NCBI RefSeq assembly: GCF_009914755.1
Contig: NC_060925.1
From: the human T2T-CHM13v2.0 reference genome, Homo sapiens
Strand: one strand, 5' to 3'
DNA: 64,000 nt
Part shown: positions 49,693 to 64,000 of the stretch, piece by piece
Numbering within the stretch: the first letter of the stretch is position 1
How the letters are laid out: each line of letters begins with the position of its first letter
Notes under the pieces: model-generated
Databases searched by the model: none
What the model saw: only the letters and a program-made list of their open reading frames with translations
What the model was told of the DNA's origin: nothing
Program-made: the position numbers and the translations under genes

Positions 49693-50326
49693 AATTTCAT
49701 TTTTCGTGTTCCTTACTAGTATATAGAAATATAGATAATTTTTTCTTCTATGATATTTATCTTAGAAATAAAAAAAAGAAATATAGGTAATTTTCATGTA
49801 TTTACTTTGTGTCCTGTGACTTTGCTCAACTAAAATCCTTAGGATTTTCTACCTAGACAATCATATTATCTGTGAATAAAGACAGTTTTACTTTGTAATC
49901 TGAATGCATTTTCTTTCCTTCTTTTTCTTGTTTTATTGAACTAGCTAGTATCTTCAGTACAATGTTGAATATTAGTAGTGAGAGCAGACCTTTTTGCCTT
50001 ATTCCTAACCTTACGGTGAAAAAAGTCTTGCAACAGAAAGTATGATGTTACCTGTAGGTTTCTCATAGGTGGTTTCTATCAGGTTGAAGAAGTTCCCCTT
50101 CTCCTTTTAATTTGCTGAAAGTTTTTTAAATCATGATTGGGTATTGAACTTCCTCAGGTGGATTTCTTGCATCTTTTGAGGTGATTATCTGGTTTTCCTT
50201 TTTTTAAGTCTGTTAAAATGGTGAAATACATTAATTTTTTCAAATGATTAACCTTCCATTCCTGGGATAAACCCTACTTTTTTCTGTATTTATTATTTTT
50301 TTGTGTTGCTGGATTTGGTTTGCTAA

Positions 50327-50728
<402 letters not shown>

Positions 50729-50758
50729 TAAAATTAGTTAATATTTCTTTTTCTTCTA

Positions 50759-50861
50759 TTTGTATAATTTCTTTAACTATGATAGAATTTGTATAATTTC
50801 TTTAACTATGATAGAATTTGTATAATTTCTTTAACTATGATAGAATTTAACTATGATGGAA
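50759..50861 (+). repeat. 29-bp minisatellite, 3 perfect copies + partial
   Basis: Unit tttgtataatttctttaactatgatagaa. Confidence 0.95.
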
Positions 50862-51024
50862 TTTAATCCATCTGGGAATAGAGTTTTTGTGGGAGGGTTT
50901 TAAGCTATAAATGCTGTTTCTATGGCTATTTAGGTTATCTGTTTCTTCTAGAGTAAGCTTAATTAATCTTTCAAGAAGTTTGTCCATTTCATCTAAGTTG
51001 TTTAATTTATTGGCATGAGAGTCA

Positions 51025-51418
<394 letters not shown>

Positions 51419-52080
51419 TTCCTTTTCTAGTTTCTTAATATAGAAGCTTAGGTTATAGATTATAGACTTTTTAAAAATTTTCTTATTGAAACATTTTAAT
51501 ACTACAAATGTCCCTTTAAGTACTGCTTTAGTTCCATCACAGAAATTTTGGTAAATTTTATTTTCATTTTCCTTTAAGTTCAAAATGTTTTGTGATTGCA
51601 TGTGTCCTTTCTTCTTTGACCCATAGAGCTGTTTAATTTATGATTTTGGAGGATTTTTTTGGACATCTATGCATCATTGGTTTCTATTTTAATTTCATTG
51701 TAGTTAGATAATTTGTTGAGGCTTGTTTTATAGCACAGAATATGATCTGTTTACATGTTTCATTAAATAGACCTGAGTGGTAATAGTAGTTATTCATACC
51801 TCATCAGGTGAGTCTATATCTGGAACATAGTAAATACCCAAATGTTAGTGATTATTACAGTGTGCTCTTCTGCATTTAAACTTTTTCTTTCTTCCTTCCT
51901 CATATGGATTGGATTAAATAATCTCTAAAGCCCTTTCTTGCTCTAAGAACTCTGAATCTTTAGGATATAAAACTAAATTCTTTATTCTACAAATGTATAC
52001 CCTTTCCAGCTTTGAGAACCCTGACTCTTAAAAATCCAAAACTAAATTTTATGTTCTGTAAATTTTTGGAATTCTTACAG

Positions 52081-52252
52081 GGACGGAAGAAGTCTATAGT
52101 GGCTGTGGAGCCCAGGAGTCTTATTCAAGGAGCCTTTCAAGGCTGCTCAGTGTCCGGGATGACACTGAAATACATGTATGGGGTAAATGCTTGGAAGAAC
52201 TGGGTTCAGTGGAAAAATGCCAAGGAAGAGCAGGGGGATCTAAAATGTGGAG
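52081..52252 (+). CDS. ZMYM4: ZMYM4 exon 24 (172 nt)
   Basis: ttacag|GGACGG … GGAG|gtaagt; LKYMYGVNAWKNWV. Confidence 0.96.
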
Positions 52253-52430
52253 GTAAGTGCACAGCATGAATTGTATCTTGATTTAGGTAGGGGGAAATAT
52301 ACAGATAATCTACTGAAAAGGGATACATTTTAGGTCAAAAACCCCATAAAACTTTGGTTTGGGCTTTACTTAATTTTTTCCGCACTTTTATTTTATTTAA
52401 ACTTTTCTTTTATGTTTCTCTCCTTGTCAG

Positions 52431-52526
52431 GGGTTGAACAGGCCTCATCTAGCCCACGTTCTGACCCCTTAGGAAGTACTCAAGACCATGCACTCTCTCA
52501 AGAATCCTCAGAGCCAGGCTGTAGAG
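52431..52526 (+). CDS. ZMYM4: ZMYM4 exon 25 (96 nt, phase 1-1)
   Basis: tgtcag|GGGTTG … AGAG|gtaaaa. Confidence 0.94.
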
Positions 52527-53430
52527 GTAAAATTTGTTTCTCTCCATTTGGTATGAATTATTTATATTATTATTGCGGATTTAAATTTGTAAATTGAATA
52601 TTTAAAATTATTTAAAATTTAGAGTATTAAGGTTAGAAAGAGAAATTAATCTTATCCCGTTTTAAGGAGGTTGTTATAAGGGTAAGGTTATGTCTTCTGC
52701 TCTTGAGTTTATTATGCAAATATACAGAATTTTGTTTTATTTTTGACACTGTGCAAGTGCCTCAAAATATGTCTTCTTGAGCCCTGCGTCTGTATAGTAA
52801 TCCATGTGGAGCCCAGTTTTTTTTTTGTTTTTTTTTTAAGAAAAATACCTGGAAAAGCCTTGCTTCTAATGTAGGAATTTTTCCTTACAGTGAGATCTAT
52901 GTAACTGACAATGTTTGTGGGTTTCACTTCAGCTGCCAGGAAATTTGGTATTACATGAGCATTTCAAATAAAGCAACAGTGTATAATTTTAAGGCCCACA
53001 TTAGTTTTCATTTTTCACTACTTTTGACACCCTATTCTAAATTTTTGTTTCACTTTATCTTTTGCTTTTAATTTGTGTTTTATGTAAAATACTTATACAA
53101 TCTTTATGGAATGAGATGGGGCAGAATGGAGGAGTATATCCATGTAACTTGATTTTATTCCACTTTCCAACTATATCTTCTTTCTGTCTTAAACCTAGGT
53201 GATTGTATGCACTCTTGGCTTCACTCCAGTCTACCCTGTTGGTTTTGGGGCACATGTAACTGTCCTTATTGGAGCACTTAGTTGCTGCTGTGGGCAGTGA
53301 CTAACTCATTGAGTTCCTATAGATGAAATGTAATCTGTCTGCTCCAAAGCTATGTAAATACACTCCTGTTGTGGAGATTTACTAGGCCATTAACTGCCTA
53401 GTAGCATGTTTTAAGTTAAAAGAGCAACCT

Positions 53431-53600
53431 GCTGGGTGCAGTGGCTCATACTTGTAATCCCAGCACTGTAGAAGGCTGAATCAGGAGGATCTCCTAAGCC
53501 CAAGAGTTCTGAGGCTGCAGTGAGCTATGATTGCACCACTGCACTCCAGCCTGAGCATCAGAGTGAGACCCTGTCTCTAAAAAAATAAAAATAAAACAAA
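53431..53600 (+). mobile_element. FRAM/AluJ monomer
   Basis: Monomer + A-rich tail. Confidence 0.75.
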
Positions 53601-54206
53601 AAGCCGGGGAAGGGTAATAGTGCAAATGGAGAGGTAATACTGCTTTAGACTACTAAGCCTAAATGCAGCTGTTACAGGGATGGCAACCCATTTCTACCAC
53701 TCTTTCATTGAGAAATACTTACTGAATATCTCTCTTATATACCAGGTATGAAGCTAGGTACTAGGGTGAAAAAGTCAAACATGGTCGGTGCTCTCATGAG
53801 ATACGGCTTGCTTTAACTAAAACCCAACTCACAGGAGCCCATGTGTATGTAATCTTATCTCAGTGCAGAAGAGCAATGACTAGAAAGGGTGTTTTAATCT
53901 TGGCCCCACAATGTGGATCAACATGTTGTAGTAGGACCTCTACAAATCAAATTGGATAACTCCCCTGCTCAAAATTAATTCAGCTCATTGTCTGCAAAAT
54001 CTTAATATGAGAAATGAGGCTGATCATGATCTGCTCCCACCTGCCCTTCTTGCCTTGTCCTATACACCCAAGTCCCCTGAACCTTTGCAGCCTGTGACCT
54101 AGCAAAGGGAATACTGTATTCTAGCATTTCCAAAGGCAAGAGGGTGTTATTCATTATTTGAGGTGTTCTGTATTCAAATAAATATCAGCTGAAGAAAGTT
54201 AAACAG

Positions 54207-54515
54207 CTGGTCGGGTGTAGTGGCTTATACTTGTAATCCCAGCACTTTGGGAGGCCGAGGCGGGCGGATCACCAGAGGTTGGGAGTTTGAGACCAGCCTG
54301 ACCAACATGGAGAAACCCCGTCTCTACTAAAAATACAAAATTATCTGGGCATGGTGGTGCACGGCTGACTCCCAGCTACTCAGGAGGCTGAGATAGGAGA
54401 ATCACTTGAACCCGGCGGAGGTTGCAGTGAGCCGAGATTGTGCCATTGCACCCCAGCCTGGGCAATAAAAGCGAAATTCCATCTCAAAAAAAAAAAAAAA
54501 GAAAGAAAAGAAAAA
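54207..54515 (+). mobile_element. AluSp-like
   Basis: Dimer + A tail. Confidence 0.88.
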
Positions 54516-55064
54516 GTTGAATAGCTTTCTTTTTTGCAAATATGCTCAGAGCCTTTAATGTACCATTAAGCACTGTGAATTCTTCAGAGACAAATATAGT
54601 ATCTTGTGTTTTCTGAATATCAAATCTTAGAAACCCAGTGTTCTCCAGCTCTCACATAAGACTAGTATTTTGTGGACTCTACTTTGGGAAGCCTTTTTGT
54701 GTATCCTCAGATTGGAATTCTTTACCTATCTACCTGTTTAACTCTTCCTCACCTTTTAAGGTCTAGCTCCAGTATCACGTTTCCCAGAATCTAACCTGAC
54801 TCTTCCCTGTTGGATAGCCCTCATTTGCTTTCACAGAATGCCATTTAAAGAAAGCCTCTATCATAGCACGTATTGCACCATATGCACTGGTCTTTATTTC
54901 CCTAACTGAAGTAGACTTGAGATCAGAATCTGTCTTTAATCCATATACCCACTAGTCTGCACCGCAGTGCCTGGAGCACAGTAGTGTTCAATGTTTATTC
55001 AGTTAATCAATGCTACTATGTTTGTTAAAAGTTAATGTTTCAGATGTTTTCTACCTTTCCACAG

Positions 55065-55216
55065 TCCGCTCTATCAAGCTGAAGGAAGACATTCTGTCCT
55101 GCACTTTTGCTGAGTTGAGTTTGGGCTTATGCCAGTTTATCCAAGAGGTGCGGAGACCAAATGGTGAAAAATATGATCCAGACAGTATCTTATACTTGTG
55201 CCTTGGAATTCAACAG
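55065..55216 (+). CDS. ZMYM4: ZMYM4 exon 26 (152 nt), Crypton-derived region
   Basis: ccacag|TCCGC … CAACAG|gtatca; EVRRPNGEKYDPDSILYLCLGIQQ. Confidence 0.95.
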
Positions 55217-55512
55217 GTATCAAGTTAAACATATGGATTCTTCAACCTAGCAAATCCATTGACCAGAATATGTCCCCACAGAAATTACATGCACATGTAC
55301 ACACCCAGATATATACTGGTATTTTCATTGGAACATTGTTTTTAACAACAAATTGGAAACCGCTCAAGTGTTAATCAAGCTTTGTGGATCAGTCAACTAT
55401 AATATGTCCATACTGTGGAATACTGTAAAATATTTACAAAGGAATGGCTTGCTTCTGTATTTATTGACCTAGGAAATTCTTAGAGGCATATATTTTAAAA
55501 AGTAACCTGCAG

Positions 55513-55800
55513 GGCCAGGTGTGGTGGCTCACACCTGTATTCCTAGCACTTTGGGAGGCTGAGATGGGAGTATCACTTGAGGCCAGTGATGCAAGACCAG
55601 CCTGGGCAACATAGGGAGACACTATCTCTACAAAAAATAAAAAATTAGCCAGGTATGGTGGTGTATGCCTCCACTCCCAGCTACTCAGGAGACGGAGGCA
55701 GGAGGATCACCTCAGCCCAGGAGTTTAAGGCTGCAGTAAGCCATTGGAGCTCCAGCCTAGGTGGCAGAGTGAGAACCTGTCTGAGGAAAAACAAAAAAAA
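55513..55800 (+). mobile_element. AluJ
   Basis: TSD aaaaagtaac(c/t)tgcag. Confidence 0.88.
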
Positions 55801-56654
55801 AGTAACTTGCAGAATTATATATATAGTGTGATTGTTATGGGAAAATATGCATAACATAAAATTTACCATTTTAAAGTTTGCAATTCAGTAGGACTAATAA
55901 GTACATTCTTAATGTGCAGTCATCACCACTGTCTATTCTGTAGCTTTATGACTCCAAAGGGAAACCTCAAACCCAGTTAGTAGTCACTCCCCATTACTCC
56001 CTCCACCCATCCCTGGCAACCATAAATCTGCTTTCTGTCTCTCTGGACTTGCCTATTCTGGATATTTTGTATCAGTGGATTCACACACTATGTGGCCTTT
56101 TGTGTCTGGTTTCTTTCCCTTAGCATTATGTTTTCAAGGTTTATCCATGTTTTAGCATGAATCAATATAGCATTCCTTTTTATGGCTGAATAATATTCTA
56201 TCATATGGATATACCACATGTTGTTTATCCATTCATCCACTGATGGACATTTGAGGTTCTGCCTTTTGGTGATTGTGAATACGCTGCTGTGAACATTCAT
56301 GTACAGGTTTTTGTTTGAACACCTATTTTCAATTCTTTTGCCATATATGCTTAGGAGTGGAATTGCTGAGTCTTGTAACTATGACTGAGTTGTTGAGGAA
56401 CTACTGAACTGTTTTCCAAAGTGGCAGCACCATTTTACATTTCCAACAGCAGTGTATGAAGATTCCAGTATCTCCACATTCTTGCTAACATTTGTTAATT
56501 TCTGTCTTTTTTTTTTTTAAACAACCATCCTGGTGGGTATGAAATGATATCTCATTGTGTTTTTAATTTGCATTTTCCTAATGACATTGGGAATCTTTTT
56601 GTGTACTTTTTGACCATGTGTATACCTTCTTTGGAGAAATGTCTATTTAAGTCC

Positions 56655-57342
<688 letters not shown>

Positions 57343-57514
57343 AGTCCTTTGCCTAATTTTTAATTGAATTGTCTTTTTGTCATTGTGTTGTAGAAACTAT
57401 ATATATTCTAGATATTAAACTTTTATCAGATATGTGATTTGCAAATATCTTCTCCCATTCTCTGGATTTTCTTTTCACTCTCTTGGTGTAGTGTACTTTG
57501 AATGACAAATATAT

Positions 57515-57846
<332 letters not shown>

Positions 57847-58229
57847 AAATTTTTTTTATTTTAATGAAGTTCAGTTTCTTTTTTGTTCTTCCTTTTCTTT
57901 TCCTTTCTCTTTTCTTTTTATTGCCTGTGCTCCTGGTGTTATATCTAGGAATCTACTGCCACATTCAAGGGCATGAAGATTTAATCCTCTTTTCTTCAGA
58001 GAGTTTTATGATTTTAGCTCTTATATTTAGGTCGTTCATTTATTTTGAGTTAATTTTTGTATCTGGTATGAGCTAGGTCTACCTTCATTCTTTTGTATGT
58101 GGTTATCCAGTTCTCTCAGCACCATTTGTTGAAGAGACTGTTCTTTACCCATTGTATGGGCTTGATACCATTGTAGAAAATCTTTTGACCAAATATAGAT
58201 GGGTTTAATTTGGACTCTCAGTTATAATC

Positions 58230-58511
58230 CATTTTTCTTTTTTCTTTTTTTTTTTTTTTTGAGATGGAGTCTTGATCTTGGCTCACTGCAAGCTCCGCCT
58301 CCCGGGTTCACGCCATTCTCCTGCCTCAGCCTCCCGAGTAGCTGGGATTACAGGCGCCCGCCACTATGCCCGGCTAATTTTTTTTGTATTTTTAGTAGAG
58401 ATAGGGTTTCACTGTGTTAGCCAGGATGGTCTCGATCTCATGACCTTGTGATCCGCCTGCCTCGGCCTCCCAAAGTGCTGGGATTACAGGCGTGAGCCAC
58501 TGTGCCCGGCC
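58230..58511 (-). mobile_element. AluY with right-arm deletion
   Basis: TSD taatccatttt. Confidence 0.88.
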
Positions 58512-58934
58512 CTAATCCATTTTTCTATAGATGGCTATTTTTAGGGCAGTACACAGTTTTGCAACTTACATTATAGCTTTGTATTAAGTTTTGAAATCAG
58601 GAAATGTGGTTCCTCAAAATTCTTTGGGCTCTTCAAGGTCCTTTGAAATTCTATGTCAATTTTAGAATGGGTTTTTCCATTTCTGCAGAAAAAGGTCATT
58701 GGATTTTGATATGATTGCAGTGAATCTATAAATTGATTTGGAGAATATTGCCATTTTAACATCATTAAATCTTCTGATCTGTGACTACAGGATGTCTTTC
58801 TGTTTATTTAGTTGTTCTTTAATTTTTGCTTTCAGCAGTTTTTTGTGGTTTTAAGTGTGTAAGTCTTACAACATTTTGGTTACATTTCTTCTCAAGTATT
58901 TTATTCTTTTTGATGCTTTGGTAAACATGGGACT

Positions 58935-59234
58935 TTTGTTTGTTTGTTTGTTTTTTTGAGACGGAGTCTCACTCTGTCGCCCAGGCTGGAGTGCAGTGGC
59001 ACAATCTCAGCTCACTGCAAGCTCCGCCTCCTGGGTTCAACGCCATTCTCCTGCCTCAGCCTCCGAAGTAGCTGGGACTACAGGCGCCCGCCACCGCGCC
59101 CAGCTAATTTTTTTTTTTTTTGTATTTTTAGTAGAGACAGGGTTTCACCGTGGTCTCGATCTCCTGACCTTGTGATCCGCCCGCCTTAGCCTCCCAAAGT
59201 GCTGGGATTACAGGCATGAGCCACCGCACCTGGC
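58935..59234 (-). mobile_element. AluY with the 12-bp left-arm deletion (Yd lineage)
   Basis: Reverse complement reads gagatcgagacca^cggtgaaaccc; TSD gggacttt. Confidence 0.8.
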
Positions 59235-60109
59235 GGGACTTTCTTAATTTCCTGTTTGGATTGTTCATTGCTAGCTTGAAATACAGCTGATTTTTGTGTA
59301 TTGCTTATATGCTGCAACTTGGCTGGATTCACTTATTAGCTCTAATAATTCATTTTTCTGTGTATTCTCTAAGATTTTCTATATATAGGATTCTGTCACC
59401 TGCAACTAGAGATAATTTTACTTCTTCCTTTCCTATTTGAATGCGTTATATTTATTTTTCTTGCCTGGCTGCTCTGCTAGGATTCGCGGTACAGTGTTGA
59501 CGAAGAATGGCAAGGATAGGCATTCTTGTCTTGTTCCTGGTTAAGGGGGAAGAGACTTTTTTTAAACATGTATGTTGCGTTATATGTACTGATATATTTC
59601 TGTAACTGTACAAAACTCACTTCTGCATAATGGAATTTCTTAAAGATTGGAAATATTTTTGCATATGAATAGTAGTTGACTTTGTGTGATGAGTTTGAAT
59701 GAGTTTGAATAGTCTACTTTTTCTTTATTTTGAACTTTTTCAATAACGAAGATATATTTTTAAGCTTGAAAGTGACTATATTAAAAGAAGAAAAAGAGGA
59801 ATACTGTTGAACAACAAACTGTAATCTGCCAATAAGTTCATAAATTGCCTTTGAGGAGGCCTCATAAAAATGCCTATTGAAGTGGTAATTTTTGTTAGCC
59901 AGAATAAATTTAAATGGAAATAATTTTCTCCAAATCATACATAGAAATGCAAGAAACCAAGATAGCCACAGAAATATAAATTAAAAATACTAAACCTTAA
60001 AAACACCAAAATACTTTTATCACGTAATTACATGCTGCCTTGGATTCCGTTACTACTCATGGTGTGTCCCTGTCTCAATTGATTTTATCTGACCTGCGCC
60101 GTCAGTACT

Positions 60110-60388
60110 TTTTAAAAGAGACAGGGTCTTGCTCTGTTACCCAGGCTGAAGTGCAGTGATATGATCATAGCTTGCTGCAGTCTCAAACTCCCAGGTTCAA
60201 ACAACCCTCCTGCCTCAGACTCCCAAGCAGTTAGGACTACAGGCATGCACCACCACCCCTGGCTATTTGTTTTTAAATTTTTTGTAGAGATGGGTCTCAC
60301 TGTGTTGCCCAGGTTAGTCTTGCACTATTGACCTCAAGTGATCCTCTCACCTTGGCCTCCCAAAGCACTGGGATTACCATTCCTGGCT
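60110..60388 (-). mobile_element. AluJ
   Basis: Antisense dimer. Confidence 0.85.
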
Positions 60389-61028
60389 CAATACATTTTT
60401 AAACTATAGGTATTCTTTTTGTTCTAGCCTATGATATGGTTGTTAATGGTTATAATTAACATAGTTCAATGTCCTATAATTAGACTTGAACTTTTTTGAG
60501 GGCTAGGTTGTGGGGCAGAGTTGAGAGCTGTAGTTAGAAGGCTCCAAATAAATAGTTTTTAAATTTGGGTTTCCTCAGGTCAACTGACATTAGCTAACTG
60601 TGTGATTGCAAGAAATGATCTTGTATCTAGGGTAAAAAACAAAAGAGCACATCTGCAGATACACATTATGAATCAGGAAAAACATGATTTGGAACGTGTG
60701 CATTGGAACCAAGTTTTAGTATGTCAGTTTTAGGAACTAAGTAAAGGGTTCTTCATAATACTTCTTCTGTACCATCCGTGTTTGAAAACGAAGTACAAAA
60801 ACTTTACCTTGCAAGGTCAGTGCTGAAGATAATGTGTTAATAAGAACAGGAGCTTTAGCTTGAATTCTAGTGTTTTAACAACTATCTCTAAGGTACTGAG
60901 AGGTTAAACATGGTTTATAATATTGTAAGGGCAAAAATTAAGGGTAAACTGTATTTCTTACAATAATTTTTTAAGAACTCATGTTTTCTTTTTATCAACA
61001 TGTATATTTTCTTTTTTTTTTCTTGTAG

Positions 61029-61140
61029 TACCTGTTTGAAAATGGTAGAATAGATAACATTTTTACTGAGCCCTATTCCAGATTTATGATTGAACTTACC
61101 AAACTCTTGAAAATATGGGAACCTACAATACTTCCTAATG
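61029..61140 (+). CDS. ZMYM4: ZMYM4 exon 27 (112 nt)
   Basis: ttgtag|TACCTG … AATG|gtaggg; YLFENGRIDNIF. Confidence 0.95.
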
Positions 61141-61665
61141 GTAGGGTGATTTTTTTTTTATTGTTTTCATGATATGCTTTCTTAAATTGCTTAACTTTTT
61201 TGGTTATCTTTAAAAAAATTGTTCATTTTTATTTCTGTCCAGATTTATACCATATTTGGACTTCTGAGGAGACGGTCTTTGGTTTATTGTTGATTGTTTT
61301 AGGAAAACTGTACAAGTCATATAGCACATGTATAGATACTGATTGCAGAAAATATAAACTAATTTGAAGTTACATTTACCTTTTTAGAAACCATTTTTGA
61401 TCTGGTAGCATTGGTGTAGCTTTCACATATCATATCTGCTAACAGTGGACCTTTTTTGGTAGTTTGTATGTATACTGAACTGTTGTTAAGAGAGTTAAGT
61501 CCTCGTCCTTGAATTATCTTTGACCAGATGTCATCAGACAAGTCCATAATTCACTCCAGGTCTCAGGCTGAGGTGAATGAAGAGGTTCAATGTTATGCTT
61601 AGTAATATATGCACCTTTCTGTTGGGCTGCAGAGCACCTTTAACAGTAAGCTTAATGATCTCCAA

Positions 61666-62285
<620 letters not shown>

Positions 62286-62522
62286 ATCTAAAATATCAAT
62301 AGATTAAAACGGTTTCAGGAGACTCCACGAACGGTGTCTACTTGAGTGGAATCATCTGCCTTTTTCTTTGTGGTGCGTTTTCTGGTTTTCTGCATAAGGA
62401 AGAGGGGAAAGAGGAATAGTCAGTTTTTCTCTTTATATCTCCCTGTCTTAGAATTTGAGAGATTACTTAGTCTACTTTAGCAGGAGCTCAGTACTGTTTC
62501 TTGTACCCCTTCTTCTGTCTAG

Positions 62523-62771
62523 GTTACATGTTCTCTCGCATTGAGGAAGAGCATTTGTGGGAGTGCAAACAGCTGGGCGCTTACTCACCAATCGTCCTTT
62601 TAAACACCCTCCTTTTCTTCAATACCAAATACTTCCAACTAAAGAATGTTACTGAGCACTTGAAGCTTTCCTTTGCCCATGTGATGAGACGGACCAGGAC
62701 TCTGAAGTACAGTACCAAGATGACATATCTGAGGTTCTTCCCACCTTTACAGAAGCAGGAGTCAGAACCAG
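62523..62771 (+). CDS. ZMYM4: ZMYM4 exon 28 (249 nt), DUF3504 start
   Basis: gtctag|GTTAC … CCAG|gtacgg; [34 protein letters not shown]. Confidence 0.96.
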
Positions 62772-63590
62772 GTACGGGATACTGTTTGTCAGATTTCTCT
62801 TTGAAGTCTTAGTAGTAGTACTAAAATAGAGAGTTACTGCAGAAAGGTAATTATAAATGCTAGACGTGAAAGAGTGTACCTTTAACATTTGAATATTTTT
62901 CTCTATTGTCAGAGAGTGGTCAAAGGCTGGCCTCAAAGTGAGAGGAATCACGTGCTTCAATATACTTTCATTGGCTTTTAAATTAGAAATTTTGATTTAA
63001 TTGGGCAGAGCTCAAATAGCCTGCATTTTAAAACTTCTCAGGAAATTAAAAAATACAAACAGGGTTGAGAATCACTAATTTACTAGCCCCAGATGAGTCA
63101 ATCACTAGTTAAACGAAACCTGCAGAACTTTTAGTCCATTGTTTCTAAATCTTTTTTTGACCAGAGCCCCTCTTTTTAGTTAACATTGTGAAATTCTGAA
63201 GGAACTTAAAAGCTGACCTACAATATACTGCTTTTGTACACAATAGAATAATAGCAGTGACAATTTTATTAGAAGGTTTATTGTCTTGCATTTCAAAAAC
63301 AGCCTATTAAATAAGTTTGTTTTTAATGTTCAGAAACTTAATCTTGGTATTATAGGATTAGAAATTAAATTTATTATTTTTTGAATAGAATCATAAGTCC
63401 TGAACTTCCCAAAATCAGTTTCTGAGAGTGAAATACATTTTTTGAATGTGAGAATTTAAATCACTGAAACTAAAATCTGTATTTGTGATGTTCAACTTTG
63501 TATAAACTTTTTTCTGAATTGTTCATTTACTAAGATTATCTTTTTCACCTAATGTCTGTGTCCTGTTTGCTTAGTTTTATATATATGTAA

Positions 63591-63993
<403 letters not shown>

Positions 63994-64000
63994 TGATTAG

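Noticed and set aside
50759-50861. CRISPR-like 29-bp repeats
   Set aside because: Head-to-tail with no spacers, in eukaryotic DNA; a minisatellite.
55217-55224. Donors beginning gtat (gtatca here; gtatag at exon 7) as U12 introns
   Set aside because: Neither matches GTATCCTT.

Overview
This is primate (human-like) genomic DNA covering most of the ZMYM4 gene (MYM-type zinc finger 4) on the + strand. I traced 26 coding exons from 5978 to 62771 (exons 3-28 of 30 by recalled numbering), all GT-AG and phase-consistent. The first two and last two coding exons lie outside the window. In order, the exons encode an acidic N-terminus with SUMO motifs, ten CxxC...(F/L)CxxxC MYM units, TQT-like repeats, a Pro/Val-rich segment, a basic NLS-like stretch and the start of the Crypton-derived DUF3504 domain. 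The introns hold about 45 Alu/FLAM copies, a near full-length Tigger1, four solo LTRs (LTR7, MSTA, MSTB, LTR18-like; all antisense), old L1/L2 and MER elements. No new system is proven from sequence alone. The best candidate is a regulatory module around exons 3-5: a 755-nt back-splice circle with a strong-Kozak ORF that wraps past its own start (260 aa, novel C-terminus), an overlapping antisense transcript, and a stop-containing cryptic exon. Other leads are further candidate poison exons, an 11-aa periodic LC8-type motif array, an antisense LTR7 promoter next to exon 15, and an abutting inverted AluY pair. Repeat subfamily names come from recalled consensus sequences, and repeat edges are approximate unless TSDs are given.
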